64,000 nt of DNA from an uncultured candidate division Zixibacteria bacterium (GCA_963801605.1 CAWDFP010000006.1:384001-448000); one strand, 5' to 3'. Counted from the first letter of the stretch, positions 21,374-31,811 are shown. Made by a program: numbers and translations. Notes: generated from the sequence alone by a model not told the origin.

Positions 21374-22816
21374 CTACGCATCATAATACAGTCGGAATTC
21401 CCAGGGGTGGGGGCGGACACGGATTTGATCGAGCTCGTTTTCCTTGATCGCCAGCCAGGTGTCAATCAATGCCTGCGGGAAGACATTATCCTTTTGCAAA
21501 AATGCGTAATCGGCCTTGAGGGCTTCGAGGGTCAGGGCCAGCGATTCCGGCAACAGCGGACGCTCATCGGCGTCGCTCCCGACAATCTTGGAAACATCCT
21601 GATTGTACGGTTCGCCGGGATCGATCTTGTTTTCGATACCATCGAGGCCGGCCATAAGCATGGCGGCAAAAGCGAAATAGATATTGGCGGTCCCGTCCGG
21701 CGGACGGAACTCCATGCGCATCACCGACGGGTCTTTGATATATCCGGGGATACGCACCGCGGCAGTGCGGTTGCCCACCGAATAGCTGATCCGCACCGGG
21801 GCCTCGAAACCGGGCACCAGGCGCTTGAAGGAGTTGGTCGACGGGTTGGTAAAGCCCAATAAAGCAGGCGCGTGTTTGAGCAGACCGCCGAGGTAATACC
21901 GTCCGATCTCGGAGAGGTTCAGCGGCTTGTTAGCATCGTAGAATATTGATTTGCCGTCGCGCGCCAGGAATTGATGCACGTGCAATCCCGAACCCGGCTC
22001 CATAAAGAGCGGCTTGGGCATGAAGCTGGCCGATTTGCCATACTGCCGGGCGCCATTCTTTATGAGATACTTGGCAAGCTGCGATTTGTCGGCCATAGCA
22101 AGCATCGGGCCGAGCGAGGTCTCGATCTCCTGCTGCGAAGCGCCGCCTACCTCATGGTGATGGTATTTGACATCGAGGCCGGCCTCTTTGAAGAGCTTGC
22201 AGATATAAGCGCGAATCTCGTAGGTTTTATCAAGCGGCGGAGCAGCGTGGTACCCCTCTTTATAACGGATATGATGGCCAAGATTCGACTCGTCGGTGTT
22301 GCCGGAACTCCACTCGGCCTCCTCGGAATTCAGGAAATAGAAACCGTGGCTGGGAGTTTGATCGTAGCGCACCTCGTCGAATAGATAGAATTCGAACTCC
22401 GGCCCCATGATGATATCGGTGCCGGGCAGAAGTTTCTGGAGACGTTTCATCGCCTTGGCGGCGGTGAAGCGCGGATCGCGGGGATGCGGCTCGGTGGGAT
22501 TAACCTCATTGATATTACCGATGACCGAAAGTACCGGCATCTCCCAAAAGGGATCGACGAAGCTAAAGGATGGATCGGGAAGAAGAATCATATCGCCGGC
22601 CTTGACCGAGAGGAAGCCGAGCGAGGAGCCGTCTAAGCCAATGCCATCTGTAAATGTTTTCTCGGTAAATCTTTCAGCGGGAAGAGTAATATGTCTCCAG
22701 GCGCCTTTGATATCGGTAAACTTGATATCGACAAACTCGAAGCCACCGTCTTTTACCTTTTTAAGCAACGCATCGATCATCGAAACACCATCCTTCATAA
22801 TTTCACCGTGCCCCAT
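21374..22816 (-). CDS. glnA: Glutamine synthetase type I
   Basis: DGSS, GPEFEFY, HHHEVG..Q.EI, FMPKP..GSGLHVH, NRTAAVRIP, EFRPPD. True start probably slightly downstream of 22816. Confidence 0.95.
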   Translation of the reverse strand: MGHGEIMKDGVSMIDALLKKVKDGGFEFVDIKFTDIKGAWRHITLPAERFTEKTFTDGIGLDGSSLGFLSVKAGDMILLPDPSFSFVDPFWEMPVLSVIGNINEVNPTEPHPRDPRFTAAKAMKRLQKLLPGTDIIMGPEFEFYLFDEVRYDQTPSHGFYFLNSEEAEWSSGNTDESNLGHHIRYKEGYHAAPPLDKTYEIRAYICKLFKEAGLDVKYHHHEVGGASQQEIETSLGPMLAMADKSQLAKYLIKNGARQYGKSASFMPKPLFMEPGSGLHVHQFLARDGKSIFYDANKPLNLSEIGRYYLGGLLKHAPALLGFTNPSTNSFKRLVPGFEAPVRISYSVGNRTAAVRIPGYIKDPSVMRMEFRPPDGTANIYFAFAAMLMAGLDGIENKIDPGEPYNQDVSKIVGSDADERPLLPESLALTLEALKADYAFLQKDNVFPQALIDTWLAIKENELDQIRVRPHPWEFRLYYDA

Positions 22817-22885
22817 AAGAAGATAAGCGGCTTGATGAGATTGGTCAATGTAAATTGGATAAGAGCTTTGGCAAATAACGGCTTA

Positions 22886-23455
22886 TTAATAAATCCCGGG
22901 TATCAATCGTTTGGTGCGCGCTGAATATTGTAAATATTTTTCGCCGAAAGCCCCAATCAACGCTGCTTCCTCTATTCGAATCCGATACGAAAAAGCGAAA
23001 AACGTTGATAGCGCTATAATTAGAGTGCTTAGCCAGTTGGATAATGATAGCCCTAATCCCAGAAATGAAAGCAGACTTCCCGTGTAAGCCGGATGCCTGA
23101 TATAACGGTAGAGACCGGTTTCAATCAATTTTTGCTCCGAAGAAATCGAAACATCAACTGTAAAATACTTGCGAAGCGTGAGAATTGCCGTCCATCTGAG
23201 CATTAGCCCCAGAACAATCGAGATAAGTCCACAACTTGATATGATCTTATATCCGGGATGTATAAATCCAACTCCTCGCGTCGACAAGTAAACTCCCAGG
23301 GCTATTGAAATCACTATTGTAATCCATAAAATACGAAGCGAAGCCTTATCGAGCGCCTTGTTCTCATTTTCCCCGGATCGTTTAACAATAGCCAGAATAA
23401 TCTCTGATATAATCCAGATAGTTGAGATTGGAAAGATTAACTGAAATGAACTCAT
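22886..23455 (-). CDS. Isoprenylcysteine carboxyl methyltransferase (ICMT/Ste14) family membrane protein
   Basis: GLYRYIRHPAYTG, RIRIEE.L..FG..Y..Y..RLIP. Confidence 0.85.
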   Translation of the reverse strand: MSSFQLIFPISTIWIISEIILAIVKRSGENENKALDKASLRILWITIVISIALGVYLSTRGVGFIHPGYKIISSCGLISIVLGLMLRWTAILTLRKYFTVDVSISSEQKLIETGLYRYIRHPAYTGSLLSFLGLGLSLSNWLSTLIIALSTFFAFSYRIRIEEAALIGAFGEKYLQYSARTKRLIPGIY

Positions 23456-23630
23456 TTCACCGGCTTTCAGGGGACCACATCTATGATTTTAATAATTTAT
23501 ATAACAAATTTCGTCTCGATGAAAGAGTAAATTGGGAAGCTACCGGTTTTGCTTGAAAGATTATTTAAAACACAAAGAGGCAGAATGGCTTCTGCCCCCT
23601 GTGTAGCGAGATGCGGGTGATGGGAAAATT

Positions 23631-24137
23631 TTAGTTCTTACGCCTCGCTATTGCCGCCTGCACGGCATTAAAATCATCAATTTTTTCGGCATTATAGCGC
23701 GAATTTATATATTCAATTCTACCGTCCTTACCAATCAAGAAAACGGAACGGGTATCAAAACCGGTTATCTCATCGTAAATCCCGAAAGCCTTACCCATAT
23801 CATGCTTATGATCTGCCAGCAATTTGAACGGAAGATTAAGACTCTTGGCCCATTCGTGACGGCTGAAAACATAGTCTCCAGAAACCAAAAGCACCTCGAC
23901 ACCGAAATCCTTAAAGCCTTTAAGATTGTCTCGCAATCCCTGCGCCTGTCTGGTGCAAACATCAGACCAGTCCGCCGGGTGAAATACGATGAGATATCCT
24001 TGATTTTTTAGATCATCGGAATTTATACGATTCTGCATTCCCTGTTTTTCCCGAGTGGCATAGGATAATTCAAAATACGGAACCACATCTCCGACTTTTA
24101 ATTGTGTCTGTACTATCGGCGCTATTGCTGATGCCAT
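23631..24137 (-). CDS. Peroxiredoxin (AhpC/TSA, AhpE-like, one Cys)
   Basis: FHPADWSDVCT, LPFKLLAD, RSVFLIGKDG. Confidence 0.8.
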   Translation of the reverse strand: MASAIAPIVQTQLKVGDVVPYFELSYATREKQGMQNRINSDDLKNQGYLIVFHPADWSDVCTRQAQGLRDNLKGFKDFGVEVLLVSGDYVFSRHEWAKSLNLPFKLLADHKHDMGKAFGIYDEITGFDTRSVFLIGKDGRIEYINSRYNAEKIDDFNAVQAAIARRKN

Positions 24138-24336
24138 AATCGATTCCTTTGTTTACTCATATCGTAATACGATTCCTGACCTATTGTGAATATTAAACGG
24201 CCCTAAATCTCGTCAGGTTCCCAAAGTGAATGAAGTAATATTAAATATCTACAATCTTTCCGATTATAGTGATTTTGCCATATAAAAGTATGCCAGTGGG
24301 CCCCTTATAACGTTTGTTGGCGTGCATTGTATGCTG

Positions 24337-24365
24337 TTGCATTTGAATGTCTCTTTCAATATACT
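24337..24365 (+). promoter_or_regulatory. Sigma70 promoter, probably leaderless
   Basis: TTGCAT-17-TATACT, 6 nt before ATG 24372. Confidence 0.6.
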
Positions 24366-24371
24366 TGAGTC

Positions 24372-25154
24372 ATGGTCGATATTCAATCCTCATGGAACAA
24401 GATTGCCCGTAACTATGTCAGGCAGTATGATATATCGTCTACAATTATCCATTATGGTCCGCTCTGCCCGGGCGAGGATAAGCTCCGGCTGCTCGGGAAT
24501 CTTTCGCGAAAGAAAGTTTTAGATTTGGGATGTGGAGCCGGTCAAAATGCCGTAGCATTCGCCAGAAAAGGAGCCAGGGTTACGGCGGTTGATTTCTCCC
24601 AACGCCAAATTGGACAGGCAAGGGAACTGGCCAGGCAGAAAAAGACGGATATTGAATTTATCGTATCGGATATTACCAGACTATCAAAAATCCCCAATTC
24701 TCAATTCGATATAATCATATCAGCATGCGCTATTGCATTTGTGGCGAAATTTGAAAAAGTATTTCGCGAGGCATTTCGAATCCTTAAACCGGGCGGGAGA
24801 TTCGTTCTTTCCGATATGCATCCCCTGCAGTACATCCTCGATGAAAACGGTACCGGGGTAAAATTCAATCATCCCTTTCCCCATCAACCGATTCTTATTA
24901 AGTGGCGATGGGATTTTAGGGCCAGTGGAAATCTGACTACTTCCTCGACATCATTTCAACATTATGTTAGATCGCTTTCGACCTACCATAACGCTCTTGT
25001 CGAGGAAGGATTTATCGTTGAAAAAATGCTGGAGCCGAAAGCGACTCTGAATTCTCCTCATGAGGGCTTTTCGCGGGAAATATGGAAGGATTATAAATAT
25101 ATTGCCTCCCATCTACCCATAACATATATCTTTGTGTGTAAGAAACCGAGATAG
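24372..25154 (+). CDS. Class I SAM-dependent methyltransferase
   Basis: VLDLGCGAG, VDFS, ILKPGG.F. Confidence 0.9.
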   Translation: MVDIQSSWNKIARNYVRQYDISSTIIHYGPLCPGEDKLRLLGNLSRKKVLDLGCGAGQNAVAFARKGARVTAVDFSQRQIGQARELARQKKTDIEFIVSDITRLSKIPNSQFDIIISACAIAFVAKFEKVFREAFRILKPGGRFVLSDMHPLQYILDENGTGVKFNHPFPHQPILIKWRWDFRASGNLTTSSTSFQHYVRSLSTYHNALVEEGFIVEKMLEPKATLNSPHEGFSREIWKDYKYIASHLPITYIFVCKKPR

Positions 25155-25155
25155 T

Positions 25156-25632
25156 ATGGAAAAGCATTCAATTATCAAATATTGGGATAACGTCAGGGCT
25201 CTAACTATACAAATGCTGGAGCTTTTCCCGTCCGAGCAGATGGATTTTCGACCCACGCCCAAAGTGAGAAATGTAGCTGAGCAAATTAATCATATCCTTG
25301 CGGTTGAACTTCATGCCCGAAATGGATTTACATCAGGCAACTGGGAACCGCCTGGTGAACCGGCCCTGAAAAAATCCACTAAGAATCTCTTGGCTGACAT
25401 GCTCCGCTCGGAGCACGAAAAGACAGATCGTGTGCTCCGCATGCTCCCGCCTGAAGCGTTTACGAGAATATATGAAACCAGCTATGGAAAAATTTCCGGC
25501 GAGGGGTTTATATATTTGACAATTGATGAGGAGATTCATCACCGGGGCAATTTATATGTCTATTTAAGGCTTTTAGATATTGTACCACCTGAGATGGTTC
25601 AAAACTATGGCGAACTCTTTATGGAGGATTGA
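25156..25632 (+). CDS. DinB/YfiT family metalloprotein
   Basis: DFRP..HI, EEIHHRGNLYVYLRLL..PP. Confidence 0.85.
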   Translation: MEKHSIIKYWDNVRALTIQMLELFPSEQMDFRPTPKVRNVAEQINHILAVELHARNGFTSGNWEPPGEPALKKSTKNLLADMLRSEHEKTDRVLRMLPPEAFTRIYETSYGKISGEGFIYLTIDEEIHHRGNLYVYLRLLDIVPPEMVQNYGELFMED

Positions 25633-25637
25633 ATATC

Positions 25638-26870
25638 ATGGCAGACGATTTTGTAAAGCTCGAACAAACGATTGATAAATATCGGACTGAAGCAATTGAG
25701 CTTGAAAGGCTTCTTTCCTCTATTCCGGCATTAGGGCCGGAAAATGGCGGCGATGGCGAAATGAAAAAAGCAATCGCTCTGAAAGATTATCTCAAAAGGG
25801 CGGGATTCCCGAACCCGCAGGAGTACAACGCTCCCGATAAACGGGTAACCGACGGTGTTCGGCCCAACCTGGTTTATTTTATCGAGGGGCTGGATAAATC
25901 TAAAACCGTTTGGGTGATGGCGCATACCGATATCGTTCCGCCAGGCGATCTGGCCAAATGGACAGGCGATCCTTATACATTAAGAATTGATGGCGATAGG
26001 ATTTATGCCCGCGGAGTCGAGGATAATCAGCACGGACTGGTAGCCGGAGTTTTTGCGGCCAAAGCATTCATCGATACGGGGATAAAACCAAAGTTCAATA
26101 TCGGACTGCTCTTCGTCGCCGATGAGGAAGTTGGGTCTAATTACGGTATTGGATATGTCCTGGAAAAACATGATATCTTCAAAAAGACCGACCTGATCCT
26201 GGTTCCCGATTCGGGGGACCCATCCGGAAGGCCGATTGAAATCGCCGAAAAATCGATCTGCTGGCTTAAGGTCGAAACTACCGGGCGGCAATGTCATGCC
26301 TCCCGTCCCGATCTTGGTCACAATGCTTTCGCTGCTGCATCGAAACTTGCCGCCAAGGTGCACGCCCTTTATAACATCTTTGACTATAAAGATACTCTTT
26401 TTGATCCGGCCACTTCAACATTCGAACCGACCAAAAAAGAAGCTAATGTGCCTAACGTCAATACTATCCCGGGCGATGATGTTTTTTATATCGATTGCCG
26501 GGTTCTTCCCAAATATAAATTAGATGAAGTTGAGGCCATGATTCGCAAATGGGCGGATGAGATTGAATCGTCGGAAAATGTTAAGATCAAGATATCCTCG
26601 CTTCAAAGGGCAGAGGCAGCTCCGCCTACTGCAGCGGATGCCCCCGTTGTCGACGCGCTCAAAAGAGGGATTCGACGAGTTTATAAGGCCGAGGCAACAG
26701 TTTGTGGTATCGGCGGCGGGACAGTGGCGGCTCTATTTAGACGCAAAGGTTTCCCGGCCGCGGTCTGGAGCAGGATTTACGAAACTGCCCATTCTCCCGA
26801 TGAATATACAGATATCCCTTTCCTTCTTGGTGACGCTAAGGTATTTGCTCATATATTCCTGGGAGCATAA
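25638..26870 (+). CDS. M20 metallo-hydrolase (DapE/ArgE-like)
   Basis: AHTDIVP, RGVEDN, ADEEVG, QCHAS, GGGT, AH..DE. Confidence 0.88.
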   Translation: MADDFVKLEQTIDKYRTEAIELERLLSSIPALGPENGGDGEMKKAIALKDYLKRAGFPNPQEYNAPDKRVTDGVRPNLVYFIEGLDKSKTVWVMAHTDIVPPGDLAKWTGDPYTLRIDGDRIYARGVEDNQHGLVAGVFAAKAFIDTGIKPKFNIGLLFVADEEVGSNYGIGYVLEKHDIFKKTDLILVPDSGDPSGRPIEIAEKSICWLKVETTGRQCHASRPDLGHNAFAAASKLAAKVHALYNIFDYKDTLFDPATSTFEPTKKEANVPNVNTIPGDDVFYIDCRVLPKYKLDEVEAMIRKWADEIESSENVKIKISSLQRAEAAPPTAADAPVVDALKRGIRRVYKAEATVCGIGGGTVAALFRRKGFPAAVWSRIYETAHSPDEYTDIPFLLGDAKVFAHIFLGA

Positions 26871-26902
26871 GGAACCGGCTATCTCGAAATAACCTCAATT
26901 TT

Positions 26903-26937
26903 AATGGCGTCAGGCTTGCACCTGGCGCCATCTTTTA
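26903..26937 (+). terminator. Intrinsic terminator
   Basis: ATGGCGTCAGG-loop-CCTGGCGCCAT plus CTTTT. Confidence 0.65.
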
Positions 26938-26950
26938 TTATCTGCAAAAT

Positions 26951-26995
26951 TTGTGAACTAATTCACTTGCTAAGTAACCCGCAGTCGTATATTCT
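26951..26995 (+). promoter_or_regulatory. Rex-like operator overlapping a sigma70 -35
   Basis: TTGTGAACTAATTCACTT (consensus TTGTGAA-N4-TTCACAA); TTGCTA-17-TATTCT. Confidence 0.6.
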
Positions 26996-27040
26996 TGATA
27001 ATGTTGACGAGCTTCTTAAATGTCACGCTTGGAGGTTTTT

Positions 27041-28508
27041 ATGGCACTGCGAAACTATCAGGAATATATCGAATCGCTCAAGAAGATGCGGCCGAATATT
27101 TATAAATTCGACCAACTCATCGAGGACGTAACCACTCATCCGGCCACCCGCTACACAGTCGAGGGACACAGCAAATCGTTTCGCCTCTATGACGATCCCA
27201 AAGAGCGCGATACGCTGGTGACAACCTCGCACCTCACCGGCGAGCCGATCAGCCGTTATCTCTCAATCGTGCGAAGCCCTGAGGATATGTACGCCAATAG
27301 CCGGATGAAACGTCGCCTCTTCCAGCTTACCGGCACCTGCACCGGCGGACGATGTGTCGGCTGGACCGCCATCAATGCGTTATTTGTTACAACATTCGAT
27401 ATGGATCAGAAGCTTGGCACCAATTATCATCAGCGTCTACTCGCCTGGCTGCGCGATGCTCAGGCGCGCGATATAACAATCTCCGGAGCGCTGACCGATC
27501 CCAAAGGAGATCGCACCAAGACACCGTCGATGCAGGACGATCCCGATATGTCGCTTCGTATTGTCGAGCGACGGCCCGATGGTATCGTAGTTCGCGGGGC
27601 CAAGGTGATGATTTGCGGCGTAGCGGCCTCGAATGAAATTTTCATTCTCCCCGGCAGCGGTTATAAGGAGCCCGATAAGGATTACGCGGTTTCATTTGTA
27701 ATTCCGCGCGATATCGAAGGTTTGACTATCGTTGAAGCTCGTCATCCCAGCGATATGCGCGAGTGGGAAGAAGGTTTCGATTCGCCGAATAAAGAGGGCG
27801 GAATTACCCAGGCATATCTGCTTTTTGAGGATGTTTTCGTGCCTAACGAACGGGTTTTCATGGCGGGCGAATTTCAGTTTGCGCTTGCGACAGTGCTCAA
27901 TTTTATCGCGCCATATCGAGCGGCAATCGGCGGTTGTGTGGCCGGTCAGGGCGATGTCAAGATCGGAGCAGCGGTGCTGACGGCGCGGGCCAACGGCTTG
28001 CAATCGAAAGTATTCAATGACAAGATTACGCAGATGCATATCAATAACGAAACCACCTATGCAGTGGGGATTGCGTCAGCGGCGCTGGGCAAGAAGCACC
28101 CATCGGGCGCCTGGATGTGCGATATGCTGCTGTCCAATGTCAACAAAGTACACGTGGCCACGTTGCCGTACGATACCAATCGTCTGGCGCAGGATATCGC
28201 CGGCGGTATCGCCGAGACCGGATGTATGCCATCGTATAAGGATTTCAATTCCAAAAAGTACGGCGATCTGCTTCAGAAATATATGAAAGCCAAATCGCCG
28301 GCCGAGGCTCGTGCCCGTGCCGCGCGTTTGGTGGAATGGGCGACTATCGGAGCGGGCGTGCCGGGCTGTATGCATGGCGGCGGCTCTCCCGATGGCGCCA
28401 AGTTGGTTATTCGCGGCAACGAGAATCTCGAGGAGAAAGGTCGAGTTCGCTCGCAAGTTAGCCGGTATCAGCGAGCCGATTCCGGAGCCGGAGGGAAAGA
28501 AGCCTTAG
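27041..28508 (+). CDS. 4-hydroxybutyryl-CoA dehydratase / HpaB family flavoprotein (one apparent indel near 28440)
   Basis: TGTCTGGRC, ALTDPKGDR, DGIVVRGAK, LLFEDVFVP.ERVF, MHGGGSP; natural end EEKVEFARKLAGI..KKP* lies in the next frame. Confidence 0.85.
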
Positions 28509-28538
28509 GGGTAGACCGCAATACTATTCCAAAAGTTT

Positions 28539-28576
28539 GCGTCAGGGCGGAGCATATTAATGCTCCATCCTGACGC
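28539..28576. repeat. GTCAGG...CCTGAC palindromic element
   Basis: GCGTCAGG..GGAGCAT-ATTA-ATGCTCC..CCTGACGC. Confidence 0.55.
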
Positions 28577-28680
28577 TGCTTATTTTATGGCGAAATGACC
28601 TGATTTTATAGCAGGTCCTTCGTGATTAAGAAAGACAATTGATAAATGACGAGTTAAAGGGAATTAAAGTTAATAAATAA

Positions 28681-29834
28681 TTATATGTTTTTTATCCATT
28701 CGTTTGGGTGATCCCTATACCAAATAAATTTCTTCAAAATTTCATCAGAATTAGAGGGGGGCTTAATGGTTAAGATAAAAACATGCTGCCCTTTCGGATC
28801 GGATGAATTAAGTGGGGCAATAATCTTTTCAGGAAAGCAAAATAGTTCATCAAAGACTTCGAAGGTGAATCCATGCAGCAGTTTTTTTAATTCTACTAAA
28901 CCATTAGGTGGCGTAATTGAATTAAGGTCAATTTCCCATTCTAATAAGGCCGCACATGCGGCGATCAGCCAATCAACAGTTCTTTTTATTTCGATTGCAT
29001 TTCCGGACTCTCCCGGTTTTCCCCATGACTCATTTATTTTTTCATTAAATATTACCATAATAGACTGGGTTATCTTTATAAGATCTTCAATTTTTTCCAT
29101 GCAATAACTTAAAAATTCTTGGCCCTGTAATATTTTTGTTTTTTTAAAAATAAGCCCTCTTTTAAAAGCATCAAGGTTGCTTTTAATAATTTCCAATTTT
29201 GATCTTAATAATTCTTCGGTTAAAAAATATTCCCAAAATGCTGGCCGTTCCAAGGCTAATTGTTGTGCGCGTGTAGTTTCTCCTATAAGCTCCTTTATTG
29301 GAAATAATCGGCCCTCCCTTTTTTATCAATTAAATATTTTAAAAATACCGATAATTGTATTGATAGAATATCTGAAATTTCGGAAGCTCGCGTCAAAAGG
29401 GTATCTCCACTTTTGATCTGCGCTAATTTCCTTAATAAATGAAAAACATCTGGCGAATCTACTTCAGAAGAAAAATCGGCAGTAGGATTTTTCTCCCAAA
29501 TTGGTAATAATGATAAGACTGATCTTTTAACAAATATAAAAGTATCTATGCCGCTTTGTTTTGCAGTTTCATATTCAATATTAGTAATTGTCCTTTTCGT
29601 GGTGTTATCGATAGAGCCCTTTCTACCCCCAACAATTAAAATAAATACATCCGCATTATTGCGTACATTTCGTCTACAATTTTCGATAATGCTTAATTCG
29701 GGTAAAACGGGAAATGACGGGAATTCGCTTAAAACCGGTTCATGGCCCAAGCCAATTATTGATCTTCTAATATCGTCACGCACTTGGGATAAATCAAAAA
29801 AGGTGGAGCTTATAAAAACGCGCGTTTTGTCCAT
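28681..29834 (-). CDS. DUF4062-domain protein with helical C-terminal domain (two ORFs probably one gene with indels); AT-rich islet
   Basis: RVFISSTFFDL..R, CRRNV..ADVFILIVGGRKGS..ITNIEYETA; upstream of ERPAFWEY the downstream frame stays open as REGRLFPIKELIGETTRAQQLAL. Confidence 0.7.
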
Positions 29835-29959
29835 AATATTGCCTCGAAAATCCATTAATGGTGTTATGCCAAATTTGGGTTATAATAATCGGGTTAATCC
29901 CAAAAATGCTATTCCCCCTCTAAAGATATCGCGCCAAAACCACAATCCTTGCGATACAA

Positions 29960-30121
29960 CTACTCGTGGTGATATAGGCGGCACTCAATAGCTTGTTTGG
30001 TGCGACCGAGAATCTCGGCAATTTGCCTAATTGGCTTTCCTTCTCGCCTAAGTTTCTTCAATTTATTTTCATCTTGAATCGACCATTTTTGGCGATGATT
30101 TCTTGGCTCTTTGCTGGCCAT
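29960..30121 (-). CDS. Small Myb/SANT-like helix-turn-helix protein
   Basis: KWSIQDENKL..GKPIRQIAEILGRTKQAIECR; GAAAGGA RBS. Confidence 0.7.
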   Translation of the reverse strand: MASKEPRNHRQKWSIQDENKLKKLRREGKPIRQIAEILGRTKQAIECRLYHHE

Positions 30122-30230
30122 TTTTATCCTTTCGATTGAGTATGTAAGCACGCATCTCAATAACCCTATGATGGTAACAATTATGCCAACTCGTCAAACG
30201 ATAGCATTTGCCGCCCAACGTCTCAATCGC

Positions 30231-31775
30231 TTACCCTATCCCCTCTATTTCCATCAGGGCATCAGGCAGCAGGCGCAGAATATCGCCGGCGATCATGCCG
30301 CGGGAGCCGTACTCGTCGCGGGCCATGTCGCCCGCCAGGCCGTGCACATAGCAGCCCAGCACGGCGGCATCGATATCGATCATCCCCTGCGCCAAAAAGC
30401 CGCCGATAATGCCGGTCAGGACATCGCCCGATCCGGCGGTGGCCATACCCTCGTTGCCGGTGGGGTTGATCCAGGCCTGCCCCGATGGCGCGGCAATGAC
30501 GCTCGGCGCACCTTTCAGGATGCAAACCAGATTATATTCCTGCGCAAAGGAGAGCGCGATATTGATTCTGTCTTTCTGAATCTCGGCGATGGTTTTGCCG
30601 GTCAGGCGCGCCATCTCGCCCGGGTGAGGCGAGATCACCAATGGCGCCGGGTGCCCTTTAAGCTGGCTGACATCTTTGGAGAGATTGTTAAGCGCGTCGG
30701 CGTCGAAAACGGCCGGCTTATCAAGCTTTGATATCAGGCGGAAAATGAGATCGCGGGTTTCGTGGTAGGTGCCGATACCCGGCCCGACTGCCAGCGCATC
30801 AGCCCACTTCACCTGTTCGCGAACTTCACCCAAACCGCGCAACGCCAGGCATCGTCGATTGCGAACCTCCGGGAGGGGATGGGTGATCACCTCGGTTGAT
30901 ATAGTCTCGAAGATATCATTCAGACTTTCGGCACATCCCAGAACCACCAGCCCCGATCCGGTTCGCAAACCGGCTTCGGCTGTCATGGCGGCAGCACCGG
31001 TAAATCCCACCGAACCTGCCAGAACGAAGAGCTTGCCGAAATCACCCTTATTGCCTGTGGGAGCACGGAACGGGAGCATGCGAGCGGCCTCGTCAGCCAT
31101 CAGGATATTAAGGCTGATTCGTTCCTCGCTGATGGCTTTATCGGGAAATCCAATATCGGCTACAACCAATTGCCCGCAATAGGATTTACCAGGGTAGACC
31201 GCCTGCCCGAGTTTGGGCAGCCCGAACGTGACAGTGATATTGGCCTGGATAGCAGAATCGGAAACAGCTCCCGATGCTCCATCAAGACCGCTGGGAGCAT
31301 CAACCGATACCACGGGAGCACCAGAGGCGTTGATCTTGCGAATTATTTCATCATAGGGGGATTTGAGAGGGCCTGAAAAGCCGGTCCCGAAGATGGCATC
31401 AACAATTAGCTTAGAATCGGACGATATGGCAAATGCCGACGAATCTGCGACCTCATGAATCGTCAGGCCAGCCTTTTCGGCGCGTTCGAGATTGGTCCGG
31501 GCATCGCCCGAAACTGCCTCGCGTCCGCCAATCAGGAAAAGCTCGATATTTATACCCTGTTCGTGCAGGAGACGAGCCACCACAAAGCCGTCACCGCCAT
31601 TGTTTCCTTTACCGCAAACAACGGTAGCCTGTTTGCCCGTAAGTTCAAAATGTTCTAGGATCGTCTCGGCAACCCGTTTGCCGGCGTTTTCCATAAGCTC
31701 CAGGCCGGGGATTTTCATACCGTCGATGGCCCGGCGATCAATATTCTGCATTTGAGATGGTGTGCATAGTTTCAT
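30231..31775 (-). CDS. nnr: Bifunctional NAD(P)H-hydrate epimerase/dehydratase (NnrE-NnrD)
   Basis: LMENAG, GKGNNGGDG, DAIFGTG, DADALN, PHPGEM, TAGSGDVL. Confidence 0.95.
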   Translation of the reverse strand: MKLCTPSQMQNIDRRAIDGMKIPGLELMENAGKRVAETILEHFELTGKQATVVCGKGNNGGDGFVVARLLHEQGINIELFLIGGREAVSGDARTNLERAEKAGLTIHEVADSSAFAISSDSKLIVDAIFGTGFSGPLKSPYDEIIRKINASGAPVVSVDAPSGLDGASGAVSDSAIQANITVTFGLPKLGQAVYPGKSYCGQLVVADIGFPDKAISEERISLNILMADEAARMLPFRAPTGNKGDFGKLFVLAGSVGFTGAAAMTAEAGLRTGSGLVVLGCAESLNDIFETISTEVITHPLPEVRNRRCLALRGLGEVREQVKWADALAVGPGIGTYHETRDLIFRLISKLDKPAVFDADALNNLSKDVSQLKGHPAPLVISPHPGEMARLTGKTIAEIQKDRINIALSFAQEYNLVCILKGAPSVIAAPSGQAWINPTGNEGMATAGSGDVLTGIIGGFLAQGMIDIDAAVLGCYVHGLAGDMARDEYGSRGMIAGDILRLLPDALMEIEGIG

Positions 31776-31782
31776 GGGAAAC

Positions 31783-31811
31783 ATTTTATCGGAAAACTTG
31801 AGTCAAGTCAA
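31783..31811 (-). promoter_or_regulatory. Sigma70 promoter of nnr, probably leaderless
   Basis: TTGACT-17-TAAAAT, 7 nt before ATG 31775. Confidence 0.6.
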
